Below are positions 22,888 through 36,028 of a DNA stretch of 64,000 nt, piece after piece. Where the stretch lies: contig NC_042998.1 in assembly GCF_006345805.1 (NCBI RefSeq), positions 79,546,001 to 79,610,000 on the forward strand. The letters are read 5' to 3'. The stretch is from Octopus sinensis (taxonomy: Eukaryota). Within the stretch, counting starts at the first letter, position 1; each line of letters opens with the position of its first letter. Made by a program: the position numbers and the translations under genes. Below the pieces are notes generated by a model that saw only the letters and a program-made list of their open reading frames with translations, searched no databases and was not told the DNA's origin.

Positions 22888-24363
22888 GAAGGGCATCCAG
22901 CTGTACAAACTCTGCCAGATCAAGATTGGAGCCTGGTGCAACCATCTGGTTCGCCAGTCCTCAGTCAAATCGTCCAACCCATGCTAGCATGGAAAGCTGA
23001 CATTAAATGATGATGATGATGGGTATAAGGAGTGGAGGAACTGAAATTCATATTACCTTTCTCAATTACATTAATGATTAAAATGGTAAGAAACACAGTC
23101 ATACTCTATTATTAGCTATTGATATTTACTTAACATTTGTTAATATCCTCAAAAAAGTATATACGAGGGGGTACTGAAAAGTTCCTGGCTTTGGGTAAAA
23201 GAAAATACAGGAGGATCGATTAATCATGATTTTATTCAACATATTTCCCTCTCAGATTCACACACAATGATTGCAGCAGCCCTTTAGTTTTTTTAAGCCC
23301 TGTAAAAGAACTCAGAAGGTTGGGCCTCCAGCTAGGTCTTTCATGATACCCTTAAAACCAGGAACTTTACAGCATTCCCTCATATCATGCTTTCTCAATT
23401 TTCATCTGGAGCGATTCAGAAATGGCCATCGGGTCTTGTTTTCAGGACAGTGTTTCTATATTCAGTGTATCCTTTTCAAGAAGTCAAGGTATAACTTGAC
23501 TATTTGGCTGCTATTACTAACAGGTCAAGTGATTACATAGGTATTATACCTATGTAAGAAGTAATACATAACACTTAATCATTAAGCAGACCCTAGCTCA
23601 AGTTAATATCTCCTTAGTTCTGGAACCAGCAGGATTATCTACAAGTGATGGGAAGAGACCAGAGGATCTTATCCTTTGTACCTGAGTGAGAGGTAGGTGC
23701 CTTATCTGAGATATCACAATCTGTAACTCCTTTGCTCCCTTCCACATCTTTGGTGCTGATGTAAATCAGAGGATTACTGCTTCCATTGTTGAACGCAACA
23801 AAATTCTTAAGTATCAGGATTTGTCAGTGAATTATTTCTTCCAGTCTATGGCGTTTGAAACGTCGGGAGGGGTAGGGCAACTAATAACACAGTTCTTGTT
23901 GTCATTGGTAACTTACTTTACCGTGGTGTTAGGTGACGCCAGTGAGAGTGGCATCACCTAACACTCTCTTGGCTGTTTCAACACCTTAGCCTCACCATTA
24001 CCTGTGGTAATGCAGCGAACATGTTGGTTTGCTTCAGTAGTGCGGTCAATTGAAGCACTTAGTACTGAACTGATATTTTTTCTTTCTCCTTTTCTTTCCT
24101 CGCTCATGTTTGTGTTTTCTTCAGTTTGGGGTTTGTATTTTAAAGTGGTTTGTATCATATACATATGTGTTATAAATGTAATTGTTAAATTATCTGAATA
24201 AATAGACAGTTAATTAAAGATTTTTTTTAAAAACTTTTAACGTTACCCTTTTTGTTTAGGACAAGAAAAAAAAACATTTGGCTGTGTGGTAAGTAGCTTG
24301 CTTACGAACCACATGGTTCCGGGTTCAGTCTCACTGCGTGGCACCTTGGGCAAGTGTCTTCTT
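22888..24363 (+). repeat. Local segmental duplication, copy 2 (lacks the RTE insertion)
   Basis: Near-identical to 5761-8370 minus the 6747-7859 insert. Confidence 0.95.
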
Positions 24364-25589
24364 CTATAGCCTCGCCCATATGGCGATCCTTCGATGTAAT
24401 TTGCACTGTAACAAAAAATTTTCAAAAATTCATGTTTTTACAAACTTGCCCCCTCCCCCATCGCTCCTTCGGAATAACTGCCACAATTAAAATGAATTTT
24501 TTTTTTCCTGTATCTTTCGTTATTTTAAAGAATCATTCCGTATTCTGGAACACTTGTAATTAAGTTTGTAAGAAGAAAGACTATTTTTTCAACAAGAAAG
24601 TGCCCCAGCTTGACCGAAATCTATTGACTGAAGCAAGGAAACAGATCCCTAAAAATTCTCAACTCGAAATTCCCTCGGACACACAGCTAAAATAGCGCGT
24701 GGCTTTTTGTCGAACGCTCCACCGACTTAGCCCACACCACTGCTCTTTTATTTCAATAATGCCATTTAAAAAATAAATAACTTAGCAGTTCGGCAAAAGA
24801 AGTCCGATAGAACGAGTACCAGGCTTTAAAAAAATAAGCACTCCAGTATGGCCGCCGTCTAATGACTAAAACAAGTAAAAAAATAAAAAAAAAATAGGCG
24901 AAATTTCGATGAATATTGTTTTAATTTTTTTGTGTTTAATGTGTAATGAATCTTGCATACATGAAGTGGATTCGATTCAACATAGACAAATTTAAATCAA
25001 CACTGCTATAGAACATTTCCCACGATGGACCAATGGTTATTCTCTGGCAGCAGTTTTACATTTTCCAGATGCCTTTAGCTAGGCCGAAATAATGTCTTCA
25101 CCACTTGACCCTTTCTAACCTCTTCTACTACACCTAACTCTATTGTTCTCAATGATATATCTATCCTTCTGGATCTTAATATAAGCAAACACATACCAAG
25201 CGAAAGTAAGTTAGTCACTTGTCATCAACAGAACAAGCCATTTCATGACTTAGTAAAGAAAGGGCTGCTAGGATATCAGACAATGTCCCACACTCTTTGA
25301 CTTCCAACTAGCTCGAACGCAGTTCTCTAACAATTTCAGTCTGTCTTTCTCCACATTTACTACTGCAGAACGAAGAGACATTTGGAACGAAGAGACTTTT
25401 GGAACGTAAAATCTTTATTTTATTTTCATTTTGCACACACGCACCTGTACAGACACAAGCACAAACAAAACTTTGCACACACACGCCTGTGCATACAAAC
25501 ACAGACTCACAAGCACACACACATATCTGGCAACAGACTCTCCTGTACATTTTCTTAATTACTATTAATTACATCATTATACTCTTCCA

Positions 25590-26370
25590 TAAGATCCCAC
25601 TATGGCTGGACGATATAGGATTGTTGAATCTGTCCTTTCCGTTGATGACATAACTCAAAGATCTCACCATCTGCGAGACATTCATGCCATGAGTAACGCG
25701 GATTCAACAATCCAATTCCTGGCATCTGTGGGATTGATCCACAATTCATCGGAATGTTGTAATGGGCGGATGTACCTTGCATCACGCAATACAGTATCCG
25801 ATGGGAAAATGTGGAGGTGTACTGTTTGCAAGCAATTTCGTAGCATTAGGCGAGACTCGTTTTTCGCGGGTTCACACCTACCATTGACTTGTCTCCTCGG
25901 GTTGATGTATTACTGGGCGATAATTGAATGTAAACAGAGTGTTGTGATGGGTGAAGTTGGAATTGGACCAGAGGCAATTGTCAACTGGTACAATTACTTC
26001 CGCGATGTTTGTGCTATGTGGTGTTTTGACCACCCTGTGCAACTTGGAGGAGAAGATGTTGTTGTAGAGATTCTCTGGCATCGATGAATCCAAGTTCATG
26101 CACAGGAAATATCATCGTGGTACTTATCGAGAAGGTCACTGGGTTTTGGGTATGGTTGAGCGTGAGAGTCTGAGATGTATCTTAGTTCCTGTGCAGAAAA
26201 GAAGTGCAGCAACATTGTTGCCTATTATTATCCGCCATGTATTGCTAGGAACTAAGATTATCAGAGATTCATGGAGAGCGTAAAAAAGCCTGCCCAACCA
26301 TTTGACTGTGAACCACAGTGTCAACTTTGTGGATCCCAACGATGCCTCAATCCACACAAACACCATGGAA
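25590..26370 (+). mobile_element. Merlin/IS1595 (ISXO2-like) DDE transposase pseudogene
   Basis: Zn-ribbon (CCNG...WRCTVC), SIRRDSFF, WYNYFR, VEI[+10 nt]DESKF, KYHRG, WVLGMVER, TLLPII, DSWRAY. Frameshifted; TIRs not found. Confidence 0.85.
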
Positions 26371-28139
26371 TAGATGTGGACGTGCCAGTCGCATCAACAA
26401 GAATTATAGGACACGAACTTTCACGACGCATAGTTTTCAGTTCCATCGTCACACGCCCAACACAACACGAAAGGAATGAAGTCACCGACTCAATGGACAC
26501 ACACCAATTACATTCCACATGTACTGCAACCCGATGCACAGATCCACGAGGGAAACAGTTGCCATACATAAATGCAACACTTAGGACAGCTACCCAACCA
26601 AGAGAACTAACCTTTTCTCACTTTTCAGCATAGACTTTTCACACAGGACATTACCAATCAGATTTTGTCACTTTTCGTTACACATTTTGTACTGTTCGTT
26701 CCTTTTGCTGCACAACACAATGTTTACACATGCATATATGCATGCTTGCACCCAGTTTCTGTGCACATCTATACACTATTAACTTTTTTTTTCCTTTGCA
26801 TGCAACTCTTTTCTCATGAGAAGGATATATCTCCTCCTCATTTTATAACTCTTCCGTCCTTTTCTTACCATTTCACCATCGTCACATCAACGGACATTAC
26901 TGTATCAGTCCCTTGCATGATGCCATAATGGTGAAAACAGGACAAGTAGAAATTTAAGGCTGCACAATAGCAGTCGACAAGGCATATATAACGATTAAAA
27001 AAAAAAAAATTGTCTATATCTTCGATCACTGTCATTATTCCATTGAGTCAACCTCATTATTTTCTACATAGCAGACCGTTACATAAACAGGCAAAGGTAA
27101 TCTTTCGTTTTAACTCGAAATAATGTAAACACTGAATCGGCCATACATACATACATAGATACATACACACACATACATAGATACATACATACACACACAT
27201 ACATAGATACATACACACACACACATACATGCATACATACATACACACACACATGCATATACACGCACGCACTACAAAAACTGAGTAAAAAATTTCAATT
27301 ATCTCTCTCTCTGTCTTTTCACACACACTAACAAAAGCACTTCACTTACACACCATACTTTCTGTCTCGCACACCCCATCAAACACACACACACACATGT
27401 ACATCAATGCTTCCCATGCACAGTAACTTCAAAAGAACTTCCCTCCTCATACAATCGCTTTCTCTTAGTCTCTTTCGCTTTCATTACTTCAAAAGATCCC
27501 ATTTCCCCGCAACCCCATATGTAAAAAAATAAAAGTTTTTTACGGAAATCGACGATCATATGTAAACAAATACAAGTGGTTTGTAGTGTTCTTGTAACCC
27601 TTTACTTCATAGAAATGTTTTATTTCTACGTGGGGGAAATTTGGTTACTATAAGTTTACATTGAAGAGACTTGGTTGTTGACAGGAGCCTCATAAGTTAA
27701 CACAGTGAACCATTTCATACGAGGCAATTAGTGTTATCTTCGTCTGTGATCTGTCACATGCGTGCATACATACATACATACATACATGTATATAACGAAC
27801 TGTTACTTTCTCAGATGCAGCACGGATTTTTGTCAGTGAACAGGTCGCGGTCTTAAAGCGACGAAAATATTTTGACAAATTAAACTTAAATGTTGAAGTG
27901 AATGGAACGGCTTTTGTGTTTCTTAAATGGCTTACAAACACCTTCCACGCTGCAATTGTTTTCGTTTCAGCACACGATCTCAGATCAAATCACTTGCTAT
28001 GCAAGTACATCTCCGTAATACCTGGAAATTGTTGGGTGTCAAACGAAAAACGGTTCTCCCATTTCCCCGCAACACCATATGTAAAAAAAATAAAAGTTTT
28101 TTTACAGAAATCGACGATCATATGTAAACAAATACACGT

Positions 28140-28560
28140 GGTCAGTTGACGTAAAATATACTAGAACCATAAGTTTGCTGAAGAAACAGAAACAAAGTCA
28201 GACTGTCTTCAATAACAGTAAGTGGTGGTTTATTCTGCGGTTTACAGGCAAAACATGTACACATGTATTTCTTGTGGGGAAACCGGCAGCCGAATCCACA
28301 GGACTGGTTACAATGTTCTCTCGTGCGAGTCAAGATGATTCCGTGTTCGTTCCCGTTTCGTTGGGGTGAGGTTCTCTGTGAGTAGGGTTGTTCCCTGAGA
28401 GAAAGTCAAGCCACGTCCGACCGCTAGCGCTGCTCTGCCAGAAAAGACCGATTCAGCGGTCAGGCTTTCAGGTTACAGTTCCTGCGCATGCGCATGAGGT
28501 AATCCAATTCTGCGCCATGTGCGCTGAAATTTACACAGTAGCGTCACTACACACCCTTTC
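28140..28560. promoter_or_regulatory. CpG-rich promoter-like island with a perfect NRF1-type palindrome
   Basis: TGCGCATGCGCA at 28483-28494 in GC/CpG-rich sequence; no gene can be assigned. Confidence 0.35.
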
Positions 28561-28975
28561 ATCAAAAGAAAGGGTTTACAATATTTACAGGTTTACAATA
28601 TTTCAGGAAGAAAAAAAACTGTGGTGGATCTGCTACATCAAAAGCAACTCAGGCCTAAACAAAGCACAGACAAACATACTCCACATTAAAAGTTTATCTA
28701 CTAAATGATACTAATAAAGTTGACAGTATATCTTCGAAGTTTCATTCCCTCATCATATCTAATACCTAAAGATTGTTCTGGCAGAGTTGCCTCCCTTAGC
28801 TAAAGACCTCAATTGTGTGACCTGACCTCGTTTTGGAGGTTATTTTTGCAGTAAAAAAGAGTAGTGCGAAAAGCATACTTTATTTGGTAGCCAAAAGATT
28901 ACCGAATCTTTTGATACTACATACGTCAAAATCGGAATCCCAATTTTCAAAACCATAAGGAATATGCGCACGCAT

Positions 28976-29033
<58 letters not shown>

Positions 29034-29040
29034 CAAACTC

Positions 29041-29084
<44 letters not shown>

Positions 29085-30111
29085 TATATATGCGCAGGAA
29101 ACCTTTTGATAATAGGACAGAATTAGGACAAGATAAAGAATGCAAGTTGTCAATATATGATGTCTTTTGCCTATACTACGGCTTTAAGATATAATTAGTA
29201 GTAACGGTTAGAGGGAACTATATCCTAAAGAACTCAAAGGAAGGATAAAAAGATGGAATAGAATGGAATAAAAACAGAAAAAAAAAGATAACATGAAAAG
29301 TGTAAAGGTAGATCAAGGAAATGAAGTGAGTGCTAGGCTGGAGCTGGAAAAAATAAACCTTTTACTTAGGCAATGGTCAAGCAGAAAAGAGGATGAATGA
29401 TAGAAATATTGAATGGTCATGTGGCACCAAAAAGAAAATGAAGGGGGTGAGCCCTACAAACTGAGGAGAGCAGGCAGGAAGGAAGAGGGAGTGTAGAGAA
29501 AGAAGGAAATAAAGATAGACAGGAGGTAGTTGACAGCTATAGATAAACCGAGGAAGAAATGAAGGGTAGTAAAGAGAGAAAGAAAGCAGATAAGTAGAGA
29601 GAAAGACAGATTGAAAAAGATAGGAAAGGTTTTGCAAGCAAGAGGAAAGAAAAGGCTAGAAAATGGATAGGAAATAGATACAATTCTTTTATTCTTTTAC
29701 TAGTTTCAGTCATTTAACTGCGGTCATGCTGGAGCATCACCTTTTAGTCAAGCAAATCGACCCCAGGACTTATTTTTTGTATGCGTAGTACTTATTCTAG
29801 CGGTCTCTTTTTGCCGAACCGCTAAGTTACGGGGACGTAAACACACCAGCATCGGTTGTCAAGCTTGGTGGGGGGACAAACACAGACACACACACACACA
29901 CAAAATACGGAGGTTTAGATCACAGGTGATCTAAACAACTAGGTACGCTGGATAAGTGCTGTAACGGATTACCAGAGCTCCAAGTTCATAGCTGAGAGGG
30001 GAGTTATGGAACCATTGTAGATTTCCAATATAGCAGATATATATTTGTTAAAGAGGACAACAAACGCTAAGGCAAGACAAACATCTCAAGTCGTACACAT
30101 TATTATTATTA

Positions 30112-33100
30112 CTAGCAGAGATACCCGGCGTTGCCCGGTTACATTCAATTAAAGAATTAAACTTTTCTGTTATATATATATATGGACACACACACATACA
30201 CACACACACACACACATGAAAGTACATAGAGGTTGTTAAAAAAAAGAGGATTATGTATATACCTCCTGGCTGTTGAGATTATAACACCTCGTTGTAAACA
30301 ATGTTCCTTGTTTTTCCTTGTGGAGCATATACAAAAAGGTTTCTTTTGGTTCCTACTCTTGATTAGCCAACATACAGTTGCCCATACGAGAAGCAGTGCT
30401 CTTCCAAGAGAAGACCAGCTACAGAGAGGGTTTGACCCTGAGATTTGTTAATGGACATGGCAAAGCTGACACGAAGGGGGAATTGCAGTCTTCTGAATGT
30501 AAATGGAATTTCTGCTCCTGATGGAGTAAGAGGAATTCTTGGAATAAAGACGTCATCACCTTTTCCACATCCAGAAAGAATGATCGCCTCGATAACGTGT
30601 GACATCATTTTCTTTATCACCAGTCGTGTTCCATTGCAAAGTCTTGGTGGTTCCAGATTGCGGACTAGCATTACAGGAGTTCCAACTTTAAGTGCTAATA
30701 TGTGTGGATGTAGTCCAGGAGGCTCCAGTGAATTGAGAAATTCAGGAGGATAGTTCACAACTTCATTTATATCTGGAATTGTATCAACAGACTTGTAAGT
30801 GTGTATAGTGCCGGGAAGAGAATGCATTAGCCGTTCATTAATTTTTTTAACAGCGACGTTTTTTGGAGCTAATATTGCTTTTTCGCACAGCCAATTGTGA
30901 TTTTGGTAGTTTTGTATGAAGTTGGGAAAGACTTTGTTTTTGAGGTCATCTACAAAATTAACAACAGAGGAAAATGACCACACTTCCATTTGTCCTGCAG
31001 CATCGAGAGGCATCTTGCCTTCACCAAGTGTCAAAATGTCCTGTGCAAACTTTGTGGACATTTTGTCGCCGTGTAGCTGAGCTCTCATGTTAGTGGTGAG
31101 ACTGAGGATTGTAACATGATGCCACAGGCATGCTTGGACTTCATCTGCTCTAGTTTCTTTCGGAATGACAGGAAGAGTTTGCTTGGAATCACCTGACAAC
31201 AGAAGCGTTACACCTCCCATTGGAGCCTGACAGTCTCGGATGTCTTTCAGGGCTCTATCTAATGCTTCCAAAGCTCCCTTGTGAGTCATAGTGCACTCAT
31301 CCCAGACAATTAGATGACATATTTTAAGTACTTGTCCCTGATCTGAGCTTTTGTTGATAATGCATGAAGGCATTTCGGATGCTGATAAGTTGAGAGGGAG
31401 TTTAAAAGTTGAGTGTGCTGTCCTGTCACCGGGTAACAAAGTAGCTGCAATGCCAGAGGGGGCTACAGCTACTGCAATGTCCTGATGCTGCCTAACTTCT
31501 GCAAGGAGAAGCTTTGTAATAAAGGTCTTTCCTGTCCCTCCAGGAGCATCGAGGAAGAAGATTCGTCCCTCGCGTTGGCGTACATTGTTAAGAATAGTTC
31601 TGTAGGCCGGCAGCTGGTCCGGAAGTAATTTAGGCTCATTTTCAACAATGTACTTTGAAAGCGCTTGAGTGTCGTAGGTTGTTTCACGAATGACAGCAGT
31701 GGGAAGGCTATTTGACCCTGACCTGAATGCTTGTGGCAGGCCATACGTCGACAATTCGTTTCCACCCAGCTTAGCAATTCTGTCTTCAATGTCAATGAGT
31801 GTTTTGTTATAGATTTCATTGCTGATACTCTCCATGTCAGGATAGAGCAGTTGAGCTTGGCGCTGAAGGTCTTCAGCCAGGTTGTCTCTATATTTGAGCC
31901 ATAGAGTGACCGGATCACACAGTTCGCATACCTGTAGTAATACTGCAAATAGTGTCCTGAGACTTTTAGGTGATTGTGATAAAGCAGTCTCTCCTAAAGT
32001 TGCACCCCATTGTGCACCATCTTCTAACAGACCTTGTCGATAGCAGCCTTCTCTGTATGTTGTGCAGACATGTCCATGATCGGTTTTTAGGGCCTGGAAA
32101 GACGTTGGCCCTCTGACCTCATGCAGTAGACGAAGGTAGAAGCACTCTTGTTGAGCGGGATGCACTGTGTATACTCGCCCAAGACAAGTGTGAAACTTAA
32201 TGCCAGGGTATCCATGAACATTTTGACCTGATTTCCGTGGGGCCCATTTTTTTCCATTCCAAGTGTAGTACGATGGAATCTGTGGAAACAGCAAGGTTTG
32301 AGCGAATGGATCCACTTGACAAAGCTTGAAGAATGCAGTGAGTGTGCTATCCCTTGGTTCCTCTGCCAACAGAGAAGCATTAGCATTGGTGAAGTACACT
32401 CTTTGACCATTTTCCAGGTGCACTGCAAGCTGTTGAATGGCGCGGTGTCGTTGGTGAATTGGAAAGCCAAAGATGCGCCAGAAAGCCTCGTTGCTACATA
32501 TGTGCCGTCCAAACATTGCAGCGTCAGAACCCTTGTTTACATATTTGCAAACGTACTTGATGGATTTATTGGAGTTGCAAAACTCAACGTTGATGTGGTC
32601 ATTGAAAGTCTTTGACAGGAGTGGGCAGTATAGAACAATCCATATATTATCAATATCGTGCTGTCCGATAGTTGCTGTGAAACCTCCGTCTTCTGGTTTT
32701 CTACGTCTGTATGATGGATACCCATCAGCACCTGTCTGAGTTTCTTGTAGGAACCTCCTTGGAAATCTTTTTGAACATATGCTGTCCTTCAAGCATGGTG
32801 AGTTTATGTTGAATCCACGCCCACATGGACCATGTACCATGTTTGCTTTAACTATTTCGTATAGTTCTTTGTCTAAAGCTGGATCAGGAAGCTCTGAAGA
32901 GATTATGTTGTCGATGTCATTGGAATTGATCTTCGCTGAGAGCCAAAGCAGGATATGAGCATGTGGAAGGCCCCTTTTTTTCCACTCGATTGTGTACATG
33001 TCACATTGTATGGGCCCAAAGACTTGCCCTTTTTGTATGAGCTCCATGAGAGAAATTAACTTCAGATGGAAAACTCGGGCGTTGAGATTCCGGTTCGAAT

Positions 33101-34366
33101 GTAAGGCAGGTTTGAAAGTGTTCCCAACAGTTATTAGTTGTAGTGGTAGAGTGTTTATGCCGAATATATACGTATGCATGTATATATATGTATGTATGCC
33201 TGTATATATGTACAAAATCCACTGGGAAGGCTTTTGTTGGTCTGAGGCTATAGCAGAAGACACATGCCAAGTCACCACACAGTGGGACTGAACCCAGGAC
33301 CATGTGTTTGGAACGTAGTTTGTTACCACACAGCCACACCTGCCCCTATGTATGTGTGTGTGTGCGTATGTGTGTATGGGTAGATATATTATGCATGTAT
33401 ATATGTGTATATATATGTGTACATATTACATGTACATCTATATATATACATCTACACATAAAATACAAAATACAAAGTTATATCTTGATATTTCTAGTGA
33501 TAACAATACTCAAAATATATAACAGACTGGAATTGTAGGCCCGTCTCTTGCAATTTCGATCAATTAGTTCTTGTCCTCCCTCTTGTATAGAAGTGTACGG
33601 CTGCAGCGAAATTCATTTTTGGACTTTCTTTTATCGAAGGCATTTTAACAAAAATGCTTCCGTAAAGACGGTGAAAATATTGTAAATTTCCCCAAACAGT
33701 GACACAATTCAATTTTTAAACAATAACCAAAGCCCCTTCTCCGAAAGGGGGAGGGTTACGGTTTACAATTATTTAACAAATGCAATACAACAACGTTTCC
33801 CTGACGAGGAACCAACAAACGTGATTACAATAGTCAAACAGTAATAATAATAACAACAAACCTTTTTAATTTATCCCCATTTATGTGAAACCACTTATTC
33901 AAATTCAAGTCATTGATGCAATTTTATACGAATTGCTAATACACACACACACACACACATAATAAGGGTGAAAAATTGAATATTAATTTGATTAATATGA
34001 ATTGAAAACCAGTGGTGTAGCATATAAGACCATAGCGGATCTTCTTCTAGCAAAATGGATGACCACTTGTTAATGGTTCATCCTGTTATATAATACTTTC
34101 ACTTTAACAGTTTCAGTATTAAAATGAAAGTGTCTGCATTACAAAAGAGAGATGTTTTTGTTTCACTTTTAACACGTAATACTGAAATAGTGGAGAAGAT
34201 ATGATATTGCTGTGGGGTCGCCCTAGGGAAAAAGTTAAGATTTTTTGCTGATGACACTCCCCGGTAAGGCATGTGTAAAATTTGAATGAAATTGGTTGTG
34301 TACTTCTCAAGTTTTAGGGAAACAGACAGACAGACACATATTCTCAGTTTTATATATATATACAGA
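30112..34366 (-). mobile_element. Helitron 2 (3' end firm at 30112; the Helitron-type 5' end at 34366 may or may not belong to it); internally deleted, carries a SINE
   Basis: 3' ccgggcaacgccggg hairpin + CTAG|T; A|TCTGTATATAT... terminus at 34366 resembling the Helitron 1 5' end; long RepHel frame between. Confidence 0.8.
30363..33179 (-). pseudogene. Helitron RepHel open frame (~938 aa from the first ATG), lacking the native N-terminus, with a premature stop near the C-terminus
   Basis: EWKKRGLPHAHILLWL (HUH motif 2), KYVCKYVNK (motif 3), [23 protein letters not shown]. Stop after GQLYVG; the remaining SRVG...NIVYNEVL is out of frame. Confidence 0.85.
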
Positions 34367-35779
34367 TTAATAATAATAACCAACGAATGCACAAAGACCA
34401 TGTAGCTAACGAGAATACTGAAAATGAAAGACCACCTGGACAAGCGAGAAACAGTTTTTTTAAAAAAACTTGTTTTTGCTAAAAAGATGCTCTTCATCAT
34501 TTCCAAGGGCACTGTGTAAAAAAGGCTGAAAAGTCCCCATCAAAACAGAAATTTCAACTCGTGCATGCTACCTATCGCTGACATCTGCCCTCTTTTCTAC
34601 TATAGGCACAAGGCCACCAATTTCGAGGTAAGTAAAATAAGCGTTCAACTGGCGAAAGGATAAAAAGCAAAATCGATCTTGGAAGCTTTGGAACTTTAGA
34701 ATATAAAGCCAGAAGAAATGCCGCGAAACATTTTGCCTAGTGTGCTAACAATTCTATCAGTACTTCTAGACTTATTTAAGGAGTAAACATACCCGCACGC
34801 ACACACTCATGTACTTACAACAGTTGTTCCCAAATTGGGCAGTACTGCCCCTTTGGAGGGGGCGGTGGAAAGTGGGATAATAATTAGGGTGGTTACAATG
34901 GGGTGATAGACGTAAAAAAATATATATAAATAGGTTAACTAGATTTAAGTTTTATTTGTGAAATACAGTTGTTTTGAATTTGCTGCAGAAAGTGATCTAA
35001 ATTTGTGGTGGGGAGAATGAGGGGGTGCTAGGAATGTAAACATAAACATACACAAAAATACATATAGTACATAGGTATTCACATACATACATAACATACA
35101 CAAATACACATACACACAAAAAAGGGGGCTAATGCAGTTTCGCACTGCACCTTGAAAAATGCATTTCTTTCAAAAAAATTTCTTCGAATTCCTAGATTAC
35201 ATATATGGATCTTTTTCTTTTGATCGGCAAGTCGATAAATTAATTTTTTTTTAACTAAACATTTTCGAACTTCGGACACTAGTAGAATGTGTCCTATAGA
35301 ACACCTGTTACTCTTAGCGTTGTTGAAAAAAGTTTCTATTTACGAAGTGATTCCATGTTAAAGTTATCGTATTTCGGTAATTTCACCTAATCAGTGACAC
35401 GTATTCAGCTGGATAAAACTACTGCTATTGTTTGTCAACAACTTCCGGCGGTTATATTTCGTTTGTCCCTGTTATTTATGACATATTTCATCTCAGTTAA
35501 GTTCGGATGAATAAACGAGTGTATCTAAAAATCATTTACTTCCTGACACCACCATAAAGGAGAAAAAAAAGTAAATTTAGTTTCACACCAGACATGATTT
35601 CGGCAGTAAATAATTTTTGTGGGTGAGGAACAACAAAGTAATGTTTGCTAATCCGCTGAATTCCAGCTAACAACCAAACATAAACATCTTAGAATATACA
35701 ATCTGTAACTAATTATATGTATGGGGTTCATTACGAGTCTTGTCAACTGACAGTTGACAATGGGAAGAGAAAGCTAATG

Positions 35780-36028
35780 GGTTGTGCGTGCGTGCTTTTT
35801 CTTATTTGTGTGTGTGTGTGTGCGTGCTTGTTCTTGTTTGTGTGCGCGCGCGTGCGTGCTTATTCCTCTAGCTGTGTGTATGTGGTTGTTCTTGTTTGTT
35901 GGTGTGTGGGTAGTGCGCGCGCGTTTGATCCAGGAATCAAGAAATCTGTACGCCGCATTGAACATCCTGTTTCTTTCATTTATAGTAAATGAAAAAGATT
36001 ACACAAGTAACGCTGAAACAACTGCCAT
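35780..36028 (+). promoter_or_regulatory. Candidate promoter/5' UTR exon of the Bak-like gene
   Basis: CpG-rich (gcgcgcgcg) stretch ending at a consensus donor ccAT|GTAAGT at 36028/36029, 2.7 kb upstream of the acceptor at 38688. Confidence 0.4.

Noticed and set aside
27826-28010. ~190-bp inverted copy at 36496-36690
   Set aside because: It looks like an ordinary dispersed repeat (a further fragment lies near 9366-9395), and there is no evidence both copies are in one transcript.
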